A stretch of 64,000 nucleotides of DNA from an uncultured Acidobacteriota bacterium (GCA_963720545.1 OY970399.1:2720001-2784000), one strand, 5' to 3'. Counted from the stretch's first letter, positions 32,531 through 41,875 are shown. Program-made: numbers and translations. The notes: generated by a model from the letters alone, not told the origin.

Positions 32531-33442
32531 ATGGCGAGCGGCAAAATCTATTCGGAGTTCGCGCGGCCGTTCACGCTGCTGCCGCCGGCGCTGGGCGTGC
32601 TGAGCGGTGCCGTTACGGCATGGGGCGCGCACCACACCAAAGAGCCGGTGACCGCGGCGCTGGTCGTGCCGGTGCTGTTCGGCACGCTGATGGCGGCGGT
32701 GCTCAATGCCTCCAACAACGCCGTCAACCAGATCTACGACCTCGACATCGACCGCGTCAACAAGCCGGGCCGGCCGCTGCCGAGCGGCCGCCTGAGCCTG
32801 CACGACGCGTGGCTCTTCACCATCGCCACCTGCGTGCTCTCCTGGGTGCTCGCGTGGTTCGCCTCGCCGCAGGGCCGCCGCGAGTGCTTCGTCATCGTCG
32901 TGTTCACGACGCTCCTGTGCTGGATCTACTCGGCGCCGCCGCTCTGGACCAAGCGCCGCGGCTTCCTCGCCAACCTGACCATCGCGATCCCGCGCGGCGT
33001 GCTGCTGAAGGTCGCCGGCTGGTCCACGGTCAAGACGGTGATGGACGCCGAGCCGTGGTTCATCGGCTCGGTGTTCGGCCTGTTCCTGCTCGGCGCCGCC
33101 TCCACCAAAGACTTCGCCGACATCCCCGGCGACCGGGCGGGCGGCTGCCGCACGCTGCCGATCCTCTACGGCGTGAAGAAGGCCGCATGGCTCATCGCAC
33201 CCTTCTTCGTCCTGCCGTTCTTCCTCATCCCGATCGGGGTGGGCGCAGGCATCCTCACCGGCAACGCGCTGCTGCTGAACGTGTTGGGCGCCCTGCTCAT
33301 CGTCTACGGCTGCTACACGGTCTACCTGCTGGTGCGCCGGCCCGACGACCTCGCGACCACCGAGAACCACCCCTCGTGGACGCACATGTACCGGATGATG
33401 ATGCTGGCGCAGGTTGGCTTCGCGCTCGCCTACTTGTTCTAG
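32531..33442 (+). CDS. UbiA-superfamily prenyltransferase (ChlG/homogentisate-PT/DGGGPS-like)
   Basis: NQIYDLDIDRVNKPGRPLPSG, YSAPP, KDFADIPGDRAGGCRTLP; multiple TMs. Confidence 0.92.
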   Translation: MASGKIYSEFARPFTLLPPALGVLSGAVTAWGAHHTKEPVTAALVVPVLFGTLMAAVLNASNNAVNQIYDLDIDRVNKPGRPLPSGRLSLHDAWLFTIATCVLSWVLAWFASPQGRRECFVIVVFTTLLCWIYSAPPLWTKRRGFLANLTIAIPRGVLLKVAGWSTVKTVMDAEPWFIGSVFGLFLLGAASTKDFADIPGDRAGGCRTLPILYGVKKAAWLIAPFFVLPFFLIPIGVGAGILTGNALLLNVLGALLIVYGCYTVYLLVRRPDDLATTENHPSWTHMYRMMMLAQVGFALAYLF

Positions 33443-33973
33443 CTAGTCGGCGTCGGCGTACTCGCCGACCACGACACGCGCGTGGCGCACCATGTGGCCG
33501 TCGAGCTTGTAGCCGCGCACGATCTCGCGCAGCACGTAGTGGTGGCGTTCGGGATCGTCGACGCCTTCCATCTGCACTGCCTCGGCGATTTCCGGGTCGA
33601 ACACCTTGCCGATCACCGGCACCCGCTCCAGGCCCTCGCTCTGCAGCACCGACACCAGCTGGTTGCGCACCAGGATCAGCCCCTCGGCCAGGCGTTCGTC
33701 CACACCCGTGCCCTGCGCGGCTTCGAGCGCGCGGTCGAGGTTGTCGAGGACCTCGATGAAGCGCAGCAGCAGGACCTCGCGCTCCTGGCTGAACTGCAGT
33801 TCGGCGTTTCGCACCTGGCGTTCGCGCAGCGTCTGGGTTTCCGCGCGCAGTGCGCGGATGCCCTCGAGGGCTTCGCCGAGCCGGCTCTCCGCAAGCTCCG
33901 CGCGCTGGCGATAGCCTTCCAGGTTCTTGCGCAGCGCGTCGGATTCTTGTGGAGTTCTCGGGGTTTCGGTCAT
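33443..33973 (-). CDS. grpE: GrpE-like nucleotide exchange factor
   Basis: Coiled coil, then VLDNLDRAL, FDPEIAEAV, RGYKLDGHMVRHARVVV. Confidence 0.88.
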   Translation of the reverse strand: MTETPRTPQESDALRKNLEGYRQRAELAESRLGEALEGIRALRAETQTLRERQVRNAELQFSQEREVLLLRFIEVLDNLDRALEAAQGTGVDERLAEGLILVRNQLVSVLQSEGLERVPVIGKVFDPEIAEAVQMEGVDDPERHHYVLREIVRGYKLDGHMVRHARVVVGEYADAD

Positions 33974-34091
33974 TGCTTGTGGCTGTCGCACGGCCCAACG
34001 AATCGCGTGGATCCAGGTGGTTGCTGAGTATAGCGACAAGCCTGCGAGAGCGCGGCTTTTGTCTCCGGCCGCGTGCGACCCGGATCACAAC

Positions 34092-35423
34092 TCAACGCGC
34101 ATATCCCGCGAGCATCAGCGTCACGTCGAGCAGGTTGGTGCCGGTCGGTCCGGTGCGGATCAGGCCGCCGATGGGCTCCAAAAACGATGCAGTGTCGTTC
34201 GCCGCGAGGTAGCTTGCGGGTGCGCGCAGTCCGGCGCGCACCGCCAGTGCCAGCGTCTGCGAGTCGGCGAAGGCGCCGGCAGCATCGCTGTTGCCGTCGA
34301 GGCCGTCGGTCGCGAGCGAGGCCAGCAGCGCCGGCACGCGCAGGGCCGCGAGCGGCTTCGCCGCCGCCACCGCCAGCTCGAGATTGCGGCCGCCGCGGCC
34401 CTGGCCGCGCCGCGTCACCGTCACCTCGCCGCCGGCGATGAGGCAGAGAGCCCGCCCGCCCGGGCGCAGGCCCGCGCTTTCGCGGCGCAGGAGGTTCGCG
34501 AGCCGCACGCCCGCGGCGGCGGCTTCGCCGTGCAGCTGCCGCTCGACGACGCGCGCCCGGAGGCCGCGCCGCCGCGCTGCGCGCAGGGCCGCGTTCACCA
34601 CGATGCGGTTGCTGCCGATGAGGCGCAGGCGCACCCGCCGGAACGCCGCATCGCCCGGCTTCGGCGTTTCGGGAGCTTCCCCGGCCATTCCCCTCGCCAG
34701 GTGGCGCGCGACGTTCGGCGGCGCTGCGATCCGGTGGCGCCGCAGCACCCGCACGGCGTCGGCGTAGGTGGTGGGGTCGGGCGAGAGCATGCCCGACGCG
34801 ATCGCCGCCGGGTCGTCGCCGAGGACATCCGAGAGCAGCAGGCCGCGCACGCTCGCCGCCTTCATGAGGCCCGCGAGACCGCCGCCCTTGAGTCGCGACA
34901 GGTGCCGCCGCACGACATTCATCTCGTTTATGGTGGCGCCGGCGCGCAGCAGGCTGTCGGTCAGCGCGCGCTTGTCGTCGAGGGTGACGCCCGCGACCGG
35001 CGCCGGCAGCAGCGCCGACGAACCGCCAGAGAGGAGCGCCAGCACCACGTCCTTCGCTTCGAGGCCGCGCGCCAGCATCTCGACCTGGTGAGCCGCGCGC
35101 ATGCCGCGCTCGTCGGGCAGGGGATGGGAGGTGATGAGGAGCGGCAGCCGCCGCAGCGGCACCGTGCCGGGCGCCTGGGCCACGACGATGCCGGCGTCGA
35201 TGCGCGAGCGCAACACCGATTCGGCCGCGGCCGCCATCAACGCCGCTGCCTTGCCGATGGCGACGATCACCAGCCGGCCGCCGCGCGGCACCGCCACCGG
35301 CCGCGCGCGCAGCTCGTCACGGACGAGGGCGAAGGGGTCGGCGGCGCGGCGCACCGCGGCCAGGATCGAGGACGCCTGGCGGCGCAGGAACAGCAGGTCG
35401 CGCCGCAATGCGGCGGGCTTCAG
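34092..35423 (-). CDS. Glycerate 2-kinase (DUF4147/MOFRL, TtuD-like)
   Basis: AIGKAA, HPLPD, LSGGSSAL, KGGGL, SDVLGD, GGE, GGRN, TDGLDG, TGPTGTN. Start is CTG 35423 or TTG 35408. Confidence 0.92.
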   Translation of the reverse strand: MKPAALRRDLLFLRRQASSILAAVRRAADPFALVRDELRARPVAVPRGGRLVIVAIGKAAALMAAAAESVLRSRIDAGIVVAQAPGTVPLRRLPLLITSHPLPDERGMRAAHQVEMLARGLEAKDVVLALLSGGSSALLPAPVAGVTLDDKRALTDSLLRAGATINEMNVVRRHLSRLKGGGLAGLMKAASVRGLLLSDVLGDDPAAIASGMLSPDPTTYADAVRVLRRHRIAAPPNVARHLARGMAGEAPETPKPGDAAFRRVRLRLIGSNRIVVNAALRAARRRGLRARVVERQLHGEAAAAGVRLANLLRRESAGLRPGGRALCLIAGGEVTVTRRGQGRGGRNLELAVAAAKPLAALRVPALLASLATDGLDGNSDAAGAFADSQTLALAVRAGLRAPASYLAANDTASFLEPIGGLIRTGPTGTNLLDVTLMLAGYAR

Positions 35424-35674
35424 TTGGCCCGAACGCCGCGCGTTTCGGAGAGGCGGGTGAGGGTGTCGAAGTTCCTGAGGAGCGCTTCGGCCTTGGCGGA
35501 AAATCCGTTCTGGCAGCACACCGCGGGCAGGTCGTCGCAAACCCGGCGCCAGGCCTTGTCCATGGCATCCCGGCGGGCTGCGGTCACGAGCCCGCTTTGA
35601 TCCAGGCACTGCAGGTGCTTCGTGAACTCTTCACGGTAGAAGTCCGTCAGTGCGCGGGTCTTGTCGATTTCCAC
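35420..35674 (-). CDS. Hypothetical 84-aa helical protein with 4 Cys
   Basis: Fills the gap between tsaD and glycerate kinase; GAGG RBS-like sequence and consensus promoter upstream of GTG 35674. Confidence 0.6.
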   Translation of the reverse strand: MEIDKTRALTDFYREEFTKHLQCLDQSGLVTAARRDAMDKAWRRVCDDLPAVCCQNGFSAKAEALLRNFDTLTRLSETRGVRAN

Positions 35675-35698
35675 AGGCCTTGGGGCACCTCTTCTTCG

Positions 35699-35727
35699 AG
35701 CGTAGCCGCACCCCGGTGCCTTGTCAA
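35699..35727 (-). promoter_or_regulatory. Sigma70-type promoter
   Basis: TTGACA(35727-35722)-17 nt-TACGCT(35704-35699). Confidence 0.7.
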
Positions 35728-35745
35728 CGATTGTGAACGTTCGTC

Positions 35746-36774
35746 TCAAAACATGGCCAGCTGGGGGTCGGCGTCGAGGCTCCAGTCGGCTCGCAAGCCG
35801 TTGGTGAAGTTGACGTAGCCCGCGGCGCCGATCATCGCGGCATTGTCGGTGGAAAGTGCGATCGGCGGCACATGGAGCGGCAATCGCAGCGCGGCGGCGG
35901 CCGCCGCGGCCTCCTTGCGCAGCAGCGAATTGGCGGCGACCCCGCCGCTCAGGATCAGGCTTCGTGGCCGGCGTTCCCGGGCGGCCTGGGTGAGCGCCGC
36001 GACCAGGGCATCGACGGCGGCGCGCTGGAACGAAGCGACCAGGTCCTTCACCGCGGCGCTTGCGTGTGACGAATCCGTGACGGGCTCGATGCCGGTCTTG
36101 CGCACGTGGTGCAGCACCGCGGTCTTGAGCCCGCTGAAGGAAAAGCCGGGCTGGCCGTCGCTCATCTTCGGCCGGCGGAATGCCACCGCGCGCGGGTTGA
36201 CGCCGGGCTCACGGCTCAGCTTGTCGATGATCGGGCCGCCGGGGTAGCCGAGGCCGAGGAGCTTCGCCACCTTGTCGAACGCCTCGCCGGCGGCGTCGTC
36301 GCGGGTCTTGCGCAGCAGCACGTAGGTGCCGAGCTGCGGCAGCTCGAAGAGGCTCGTGTGCCCGCCCGAGACGATGAGCGCCAGCGCCGGCAGTTCGATA
36401 TGCGCGCCGCCGAGGAACGGCGCCATCACATGGCCGGCGATGTGGTGCACCGGCACCAGCGGCTTGCGGGCGCCGAAGGCGATCGACTTCGCGGCTTCGA
36501 TGCCGACGAGCAGCGAGCCGACGAGGCCGGGCCCCTGCGTCACCGCGACCGCGTCGAGCGCGTCGAAGCCGAGCTGAGCTTCGGCCATGGCGGCGGCGAT
36601 CACCGGCCGCAGGTTCTCGAGGTGATGGCGTGCCGCCAGCTCCGGCACGACGCCGCCGTGCGGCGAGTGCAGCGCCGCCTGCGTCGCGACGATGTTGGAG
36701 AGCACCCGCCGCCCGTCCGCGATCACCGCCGCCGCGGTCTCGTCGCAGGAGGTCTCGATGGCGAGGAGCTTCAC
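35746..36774 (-). CDS. tsaD: tRNA N6-threonylcarbamoyltransferase
   Basis: LAIETSCDETA, GGVVPELA, VSGGHT, DDAAGEAFDK, FSFSGLKT, TDNAAMI; alternative GTG at 36780. Confidence 0.97.
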   Translation of the reverse strand: MKLLAIETSCDETAAAVIADGRRVLSNIVATQAALHSPHGGVVPELAARHHLENLRPVIAAAMAEAQLGFDALDAVAVTQGPGLVGSLLVGIEAAKSIAFGARKPLVPVHHIAGHVMAPFLGGAHIELPALALIVSGGHTSLFELPQLGTYVLLRKTRDDAAGEAFDKVAKLLGLGYPGGPIIDKLSREPGVNPRAVAFRRPKMSDGQPGFSFSGLKTAVLHHVRKTGIEPVTDSSHASAAVKDLVASFQRAAVDALVAALTQAARERRPRSLILSGGVAANSLLRKEAAAAAAALRLPLHVPPIALSTDNAAMIGAAGYVNFTNGLRADWSLDADPQLAMF

Positions 36775-36776
36775 GC

Positions 36777-37826
36777 TCACAGCGACGCGTGCGGCTCGAC
36801 CAGCTCGGCGAGGCTGCGCTCGTAGGGCGGAAAGGCGATGCCGCGCTCGGTGACGATGGCGCTCACGAAGCGGTGCGGCGTGACGTCGAACGCGGGGTTG
36901 CGCACCGCGACGCCCTCGGGCGCCATGCGCACGCCGCCGTGGTGCGTGATCTCGTCCGCGCCCCGCTCCTCGATCGCAATCGCGGCGCCGTTCGGCGTCT
37001 TGAGGTCGAGCGTCGAGATGGGCGCCGCGACGTAGAACGGCAGGCCGTGCTCCTTCGCGAGCACCGCCACCGTGTAGGTGCCGATCTTGTTGGCGACGTC
37101 GCCGTTGGCGGCGATCCGGTCGGCGCCGACCACGATCGCGTCGATCTCGCCGCGCGCCATCAGGTGGCCCGCCATGTTGTCGGCGATGAGCGTCGTCGCG
37201 ATGCCGTCGCGCAACAGCTCCCACGCCGTCAGGCGCGCGCCCTGCAGGTACGGGCGGGTCTCGTCGGCAAAGACCTGCAGCACGTTGCCGTCGCGCGCCG
37301 CCGAACGGATGACGCCGAGCGCGGTGCCGTAGCCCGCGGTCGCGAGGCCGCCGGCGTTGCAATGCGTGAGGATGCGCGACGGAGCGGTGAAGAGCGTGGC
37401 GCCGAGGTCGCCCATGCGCCGGCACGCGGCGAGATCCTCGGTTTCGATCGCGTGCGCCTCGCCTTGCAGTGCCTGCGCGAGCGCGGCGCCGTCCTGTCCC
37501 GCTGCCAGCTCGGCGTGGCGCCGCTGCATGCGCTCGACCGCCCAGGCGAGATTGACGGCGGTGGGCCGCGTCGCCACCAGTTCGGCGCAGGCTGCGGCCA
37601 GGCGTGCCGCACCCAGCGGCGCGGCACCGTTTTCGCGCGCGGCGAGTGCTATGCCGTAAGCCGCCGCGATGCCGATGGCCGGAGCGCCGCGCACCACCAT
37701 GGTGCGGATGGCGTCCGCCACCTCGGACACCGTCGCGCAACGCACCCAGGTCTCCTGCGAAGGGAGCTTGCGCTGGTCGAGCATCAGGACGGCGCCTTCG
37801 GGATCCCAGCGGACGGGTGCGATCAA
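36777..37826 (-). CDS. mtnA: Methylthioribose-1-phosphate isomerase
   Basis: LDQRKLP, VRGAPAIG, RPTAVNL, THCNAG, ETRPYLQGARLT, NKIGTY. Confidence 0.96.
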   Translation of the reverse strand: MIAPVRWDPEGAVLMLDQRKLPSQETWVRCATVSEVADAIRTMVVRGAPAIGIAAAYGIALAARENGAAPLGAARLAAACAELVATRPTAVNLAWAVERMQRRHAELAAGQDGAALAQALQGEAHAIETEDLAACRRMGDLGATLFTAPSRILTHCNAGGLATAGYGTALGVIRSAARDGNVLQVFADETRPYLQGARLTAWELLRDGIATTLIADNMAGHLMARGEIDAIVVGADRIAANGDVANKIGTYTVAVLAKEHGLPFYVAAPISTLDLKTPNGAAIAIEERGADEITHHGGVRMAPEGVAVRNPAFDVTPHRFVSAIVTERGIAFPPYERSLAELVEPHASL

Positions 37827-37873
37827 AGATTGGCCTCTCCTCGATGCTAGTATGCCCGGCTCCGATCCTCTCC

Positions 37874-39121
37874 ATGAGCGCCGAGCCTGCCCTCACCGTC
37901 TCCGCCGCACTGAACGCTGTCCTCGCGCGCGCCGCGCCGCTCGGCAACGAGCACGTCGCGCTCGAGGGCGTGCTGGGACGGGTGCTCACCGAAGCCATCC
38001 CCGCGGACATCGACATGCCGCCCTTCGACCGTTCGGCGATGGACGGCTTCGCGCTGCGCGCCGCCGACGCCGGTGCCGTGCCCGCGCGCCTGCGGGTCAT
38101 CGGCGAGGTGCGTGCCGGAGAGCAGTCGAGCCTCACGGTGGGACCCGGCGAGGCGGTCGCGATCATGACCGGCGCGCCGGTGCCGGCGGGCGCCGACGCG
38201 GTGCAGCAGGTGGAGAAGACCGCGGCGGGCGGCGGCTTCGTCGAGATCCTCGCGACCGTCGAGAGGGGCGCCAACATCGCGCCGATGGGCAGCGAGGTGC
38301 GCGCCGGCCACGAGATCCTGGCTCCCGGCCGCGTCATCGACCCCTCGACGGTTGCCGTGCTGGCGGCGGTGGGGCGGCATCACGTGCTCGTCGGCAAGCG
38401 GCCGACCGTTGCGATCCTCGCCACCGGCGACGAACTCGTGGCTTATCACCAACGGCCCGCGGCCGCGCAAATCCGCAACAGCAACGGCCCGACGCTGCGG
38501 GCGCAGGCGCTCTGGGCCGGAGCGCACGCCGTCGTGCTCGGCACCGCCCGCGACAACGAAGAGGCCCTCGTGCACGCGATGGAGCCGGGCCTCGACGCCG
38601 ACATCCTGGTGGTGTCGGGCGGCGTCTCGGCCGGCGCCTACGACCTCGTCGAAGACATCTTCGACAAGCTCGGCGTCATCGTGGAATTCCGCCGCGTCGC
38701 GATCAAGCCTGGCGCGCCGCTCGTCTTCGGGCACCGCGGCAAGGCGCTCGTCTTTGGCTTGCCGGGAAACCCGGTATCGACACAGGTCACGTTCGACCTG
38801 TTCGTGCGGCCCGCCATCCTCAGTATGCAGGGCGCCGCGGTGCTGGCGCGTCCGGCCGTTTCCGTGGTGCTCGCGGAGGCCGTCACCAACCGCTCGGGGC
38901 GCGAAGCACACCTGCCGGCGTTCGTGCGCAGTGTCGGCGGCCGGTTCGTCGCCGCCGTGCTGCCCTCGCGCGGCTCGGCCGACATCGTGCGCCACGCGCA
39001 CGCCAATGCGCTCGTGGTGATGCCCGCGGACCGCGTCGCGGCCGGCGCCGGCGAAATGGCGCCCGCCATCCTCATGGGAGCATTCCTCGAGAGGGGCGAT
39101 GGCAACAGCGAAGACATCTAG
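37874..39121 (+). CDS. moeA: Molybdopterin molybdotransferase
   Basis: PPFDRSAMDGFA, IMTGAPVP, TGDEL, SGGVSAG, KPG, LPGNPVS. Confidence 0.96.
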   Translation: MSAEPALTVSAALNAVLARAAPLGNEHVALEGVLGRVLTEAIPADIDMPPFDRSAMDGFALRAADAGAVPARLRVIGEVRAGEQSSLTVGPGEAVAIMTGAPVPAGADAVQQVEKTAAGGGFVEILATVERGANIAPMGSEVRAGHEILAPGRVIDPSTVAVLAAVGRHHVLVGKRPTVAILATGDELVAYHQRPAAAQIRNSNGPTLRAQALWAGAHAVVLGTARDNEEALVHAMEPGLDADILVVSGGVSAGAYDLVEDIFDKLGVIVEFRRVAIKPGAPLVFGHRGKALVFGLPGNPVSTQVTFDLFVRPAILSMQGAAVLARPAVSVVLAEAVTNRSGREAHLPAFVRSVGGRFVAAVLPSRGSADIVRHAHANALVVMPADRVAAGAGEMAPAILMGAFLERGDGNSEDI

Positions 39122-39620
39122 GGCAGGCGGCAAGGCCGCGAAACGACTGAGCCACGTCGACGCGCGCGGTGCCGTGCGCATGGTCGACGTCTCGCACAAG
39201 GACGCGAGCGTGCGCACCGCGGTGGCGCGCGGGCGGATCCGCATGAGCCCCGCTGCGGCGAAGCTCGCCGCCGCGAACCGCCTCGCGAAAGGCGGCGTCG
39301 TCGAAGTGGCGCGGCTCGCCGGCATCCAGGCCGCAAAGGCGACGTCGCAGGCGATCCCGCTCTGTCATCCGCTGGCTCTCAGCCACGTCGACGTCGCGAT
39401 AGCACCGCGGCGCGACGGTTTCGTGGTGGAGGCGCGGGTGCGCGCCGAGGCGAAGACCGGCGCCGAGATGGAGGCGTTGCACGCGGTGGCGGTCGCGGCG
39501 CTCACGCTCTACGACATGGTGAAGGCGGTGGACAAGTCGATGGTCATCGGCGAGATCCGGGTGATGCGCAAGACCGGCGGAACCAGCGGCGACTACAGTG
39601 CCCGCGGCCGCAAGCGCTAG
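39099..39620 (+). CDS. moaC: Cyclic pyranopterin monophosphate synthase
   Basis: MVDVSHK, IPLCHP, TGAEMEAL, YDMVKAVDK. Confidence 0.96.
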   Translation: MATAKTSRAGGKAAKRLSHVDARGAVRMVDVSHKDASVRTAVARGRIRMSPAAAKLAAANRLAKGGVVEVARLAGIQAAKATSQAIPLCHPLALSHVDVAIAPRRDGFVVEARVRAEAKTGAEMEALHAVAVAALTLYDMVKAVDKSMVIGEIRVMRKTGGTSGDYSARGRKR

Positions 39621-41700
39621 GGCAGCCCGCCTGCTCCCTTACCCGCAGGCGCCGCGCCTTGCGCACGTCGACGACTACCACGGCGTCGAGGTCGCCGATC
39701 CCTACCGCTGGCTCGAGGAGCCGGACAGCCCGCAGCTCCGCGAGTGGATCGCGGCGCAGAACGCGCTGACCGAGTCGTTTCTCGCGCAGGTGCCGCAGCG
39801 CGCCGCCATCAAGGCGCGGCTGACGAAACTCTGGAACTACGAGCGCTGGTCGCTGCCGTCGAAGGAGGGCGGGCGCTACTACTACGGCCGCAACGACGGA
39901 CTGCAGAACCAGAACGTGATCCTGGTGAGCGACACTCTCGACGGCGCCGGCGATGCGCGGGTCTTCATCGACCCGAATGAGCTTTCCGCCGACGGCACCC
40001 TGGCGCTCGGCGGGCTCAACGCCAGCAAGGACGGCCGCTACGCCGCCTACGCGACCGCGCTAGCCGGCTCCGACTGGCACGTGTGGCGCGTGCGCGACAT
40101 GGCCTCGGGCCAGGACCTTGCCGACCGCGTCGAGTGGAGCAAGTTCTCGGTCGCGGCCTGGAGCGGCGACTCGAAGGGCTTCTTCTACGCCGCCTTTCCG
40201 CCGCCAGGAGAAGGCGAGGAGTTCAGCGCCGTGAGCGCCGCGCCCAGGATCATGCATCACCTGGTCGGCACGGCGCAGGCGCAGGACCAGCTCGTCTACG
40301 AACGCCGCGACCAGCCCGAGTGGTACCTGAGCCCGTTCGTCAGCGACGACGATCGCTACCTGCTGATCGCCGTGAATCCGGGCCGGTTGATCCACAACGG
40401 CTTCTTCTACAAGGACCTGCAATCGCCCGGCGCGGCGGTCGTCGAACTCCTGGGCGGATTCGAAGCGCAATACAACTTCATCGGCAACGATGGCCCGCTC
40501 TTCTACATGCAGACCGACCTCGACGCACCGCGCGGCCGCATCGTCGCGATCGACACGCGCACCCCGGACAAGGCGAACTGGACCACGCACATCCCGCAGG
40601 CGGATGAGGCGCTGCTGAAGGCGAGCCTCGTGGGCGGCCACTTCGTGCTGCACTACCTGAAGGACGCGCGGTCGGTGGTGCGCATCTTCGACCGCAACGG
40701 TGCCTTCGTGCGCGAGGTCGAGCTGCCGGGCATCGGCACCGTGGACGGGTTCGACGGCCGGCAGGACGATCCGGAAACCTTCTACCTCTTCACCGGTTTC
40801 ACGACGCCCGCGGCCATCTATCGCTACGACGTCGCGACCGGGACCGGCACGCTCTTCAAGCAGGCGCGGGTCGACTTCGACCCGTCACGGTTCGAGACGA
40901 AGCAGGTGTTCTACGCGAGCAAGGATGGCACCCGCGTGCCGATGTTCCTGACGCACCGCAAGGGACTCGAGCTTGACGGCGCCAACCCGACGATCCTCTA
41001 CGGCTACGGCGGCTTCAACATCCCGCTGACGCCGGCGTTCTCGGTCGCGAACCTGGCGTGGGTCGAGATGGGCGGCGTGCACGCGGTTGCCTGCCTGCGC
41101 GGCGGCGGCGAGTACGGCGAGGCGTGGCACGTCGCCGGCACCCGGCTTCGGAAGCAGAACACCTTCGACGACTTCATCGCCGCCGCCGAATGGCTCACCG
41201 CGAAGAGGTACACGAGCGCCGCGCACCTCGCGATCCAGGGGCGCAGCAACGGCGGCCTGCTGGTGGGCGCCGCGATGACGCAGCGCCCGGAGCTGTTCGC
41301 CGCCGCGCTGCCCGGCGTCGGCGTGCTGGACATGATGCGCTTCCACAAGTTCACCGTCGGCTGGGGCTGGGTGGGCGACTACGGCTCGTCGGACGATCCC
41401 GCCGAGGCGCGGGCGCTGCGCGCCTATTCTCCGTATCACAACCTCGAGGCAGGCTCTTGCTATCCTGCGACCCTGGTGCACACCGCCGACCATGACGACC
41501 GTGTCTATCCCGCCCACAGCTTCAAGTTCGCCGCGGCGCTGCAGCATGCACAGTCGTGCGACCGTCCTGCGCTCATTCGCATCGAGACCCGCGCCGGCCA
41601 CGGCATGGCGACGCCCACGGCCAAGAAGATCGAGGAAACCGCCGACCTCTGGACGTTCCTGGTCGCGGTCCTCGGCATGAACCCGACTCTTGCGGCCTGA
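39598..41700 (+). CDS. Prolyl oligopeptidase (S9A)
   Basis: [38 protein letters not shown]; start uncertain. Confidence 0.95.
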   Translation: MPAAASARAARLLPYPQAPRLAHVDDYHGVEVADPYRWLEEPDSPQLREWIAAQNALTESFLAQVPQRAAIKARLTKLWNYERWSLPSKEGGRYYYGRNDGLQNQNVILVSDTLDGAGDARVFIDPNELSADGTLALGGLNASKDGRYAAYATALAGSDWHVWRVRDMASGQDLADRVEWSKFSVAAWSGDSKGFFYAAFPPPGEGEEFSAVSAAPRIMHHLVGTAQAQDQLVYERRDQPEWYLSPFVSDDDRYLLIAVNPGRLIHNGFFYKDLQSPGAAVVELLGGFEAQYNFIGNDGPLFYMQTDLDAPRGRIVAIDTRTPDKANWTTHIPQADEALLKASLVGGHFVLHYLKDARSVVRIFDRNGAFVREVELPGIGTVDGFDGRQDDPETFYLFTGFTTPAAIYRYDVATGTGTLFKQARVDFDPSRFETKQVFYASKDGTRVPMFLTHRKGLELDGANPTILYGYGGFNIPLTPAFSVANLAWVEMGGVHAVACLRGGGEYGEAWHVAGTRLRKQNTFDDFIAAAEWLTAKRYTSAAHLAIQGRSNGGLLVGAAMTQRPELFAAALPGVGVLDMMRFHKFTVGWGWVGDYGSSDDPAEARALRAYSPYHNLEAGSCYPATLVHTADHDDRVYPAHSFKFAAALQHAQSCDRPALIRIETRAGHGMATPTAKKIEETADLWTFLVAVLGMNPTLAA

Positions 41701-41707
41701 CGAACCG

Positions 41708-41875
41708 ATGGCTGTCTGCCCCGAGTGCGACGCAAAGGTCGAAATCGACGAATACGACGTCGACAAGGGCGAAGTCATCTCCTGCCCCGAATGCGGCGTC
41801 GACCTCATCGTCCTGGGCCTGTCCCCCCTGGACCTGGGATTAGCTCCCAGAGAGGACGAGGAATGGCAAGAATGA
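41708..41875 (+). CDS. LysW-like zinc-ribbon amino-group carrier protein
   Basis: 55 aa, acidic, CPEC...CPECG, C-terminus EDEEWQE (canonical EDWGE). Confidence 0.8.
   Translation: MAVCPECDAKVEIDEYDVDKGEVISCPECGVDLIVLGLSPLDLGLAPREDEEWQE

Noticed and set aside
32531..33442. Calling the UbiA protein a (bacterio)chlorophyll synthase or archaeal-type lipid synthase
   Set aside because: The motifs are shared across several UbiA clades and no supporting pathway genes are in the window.
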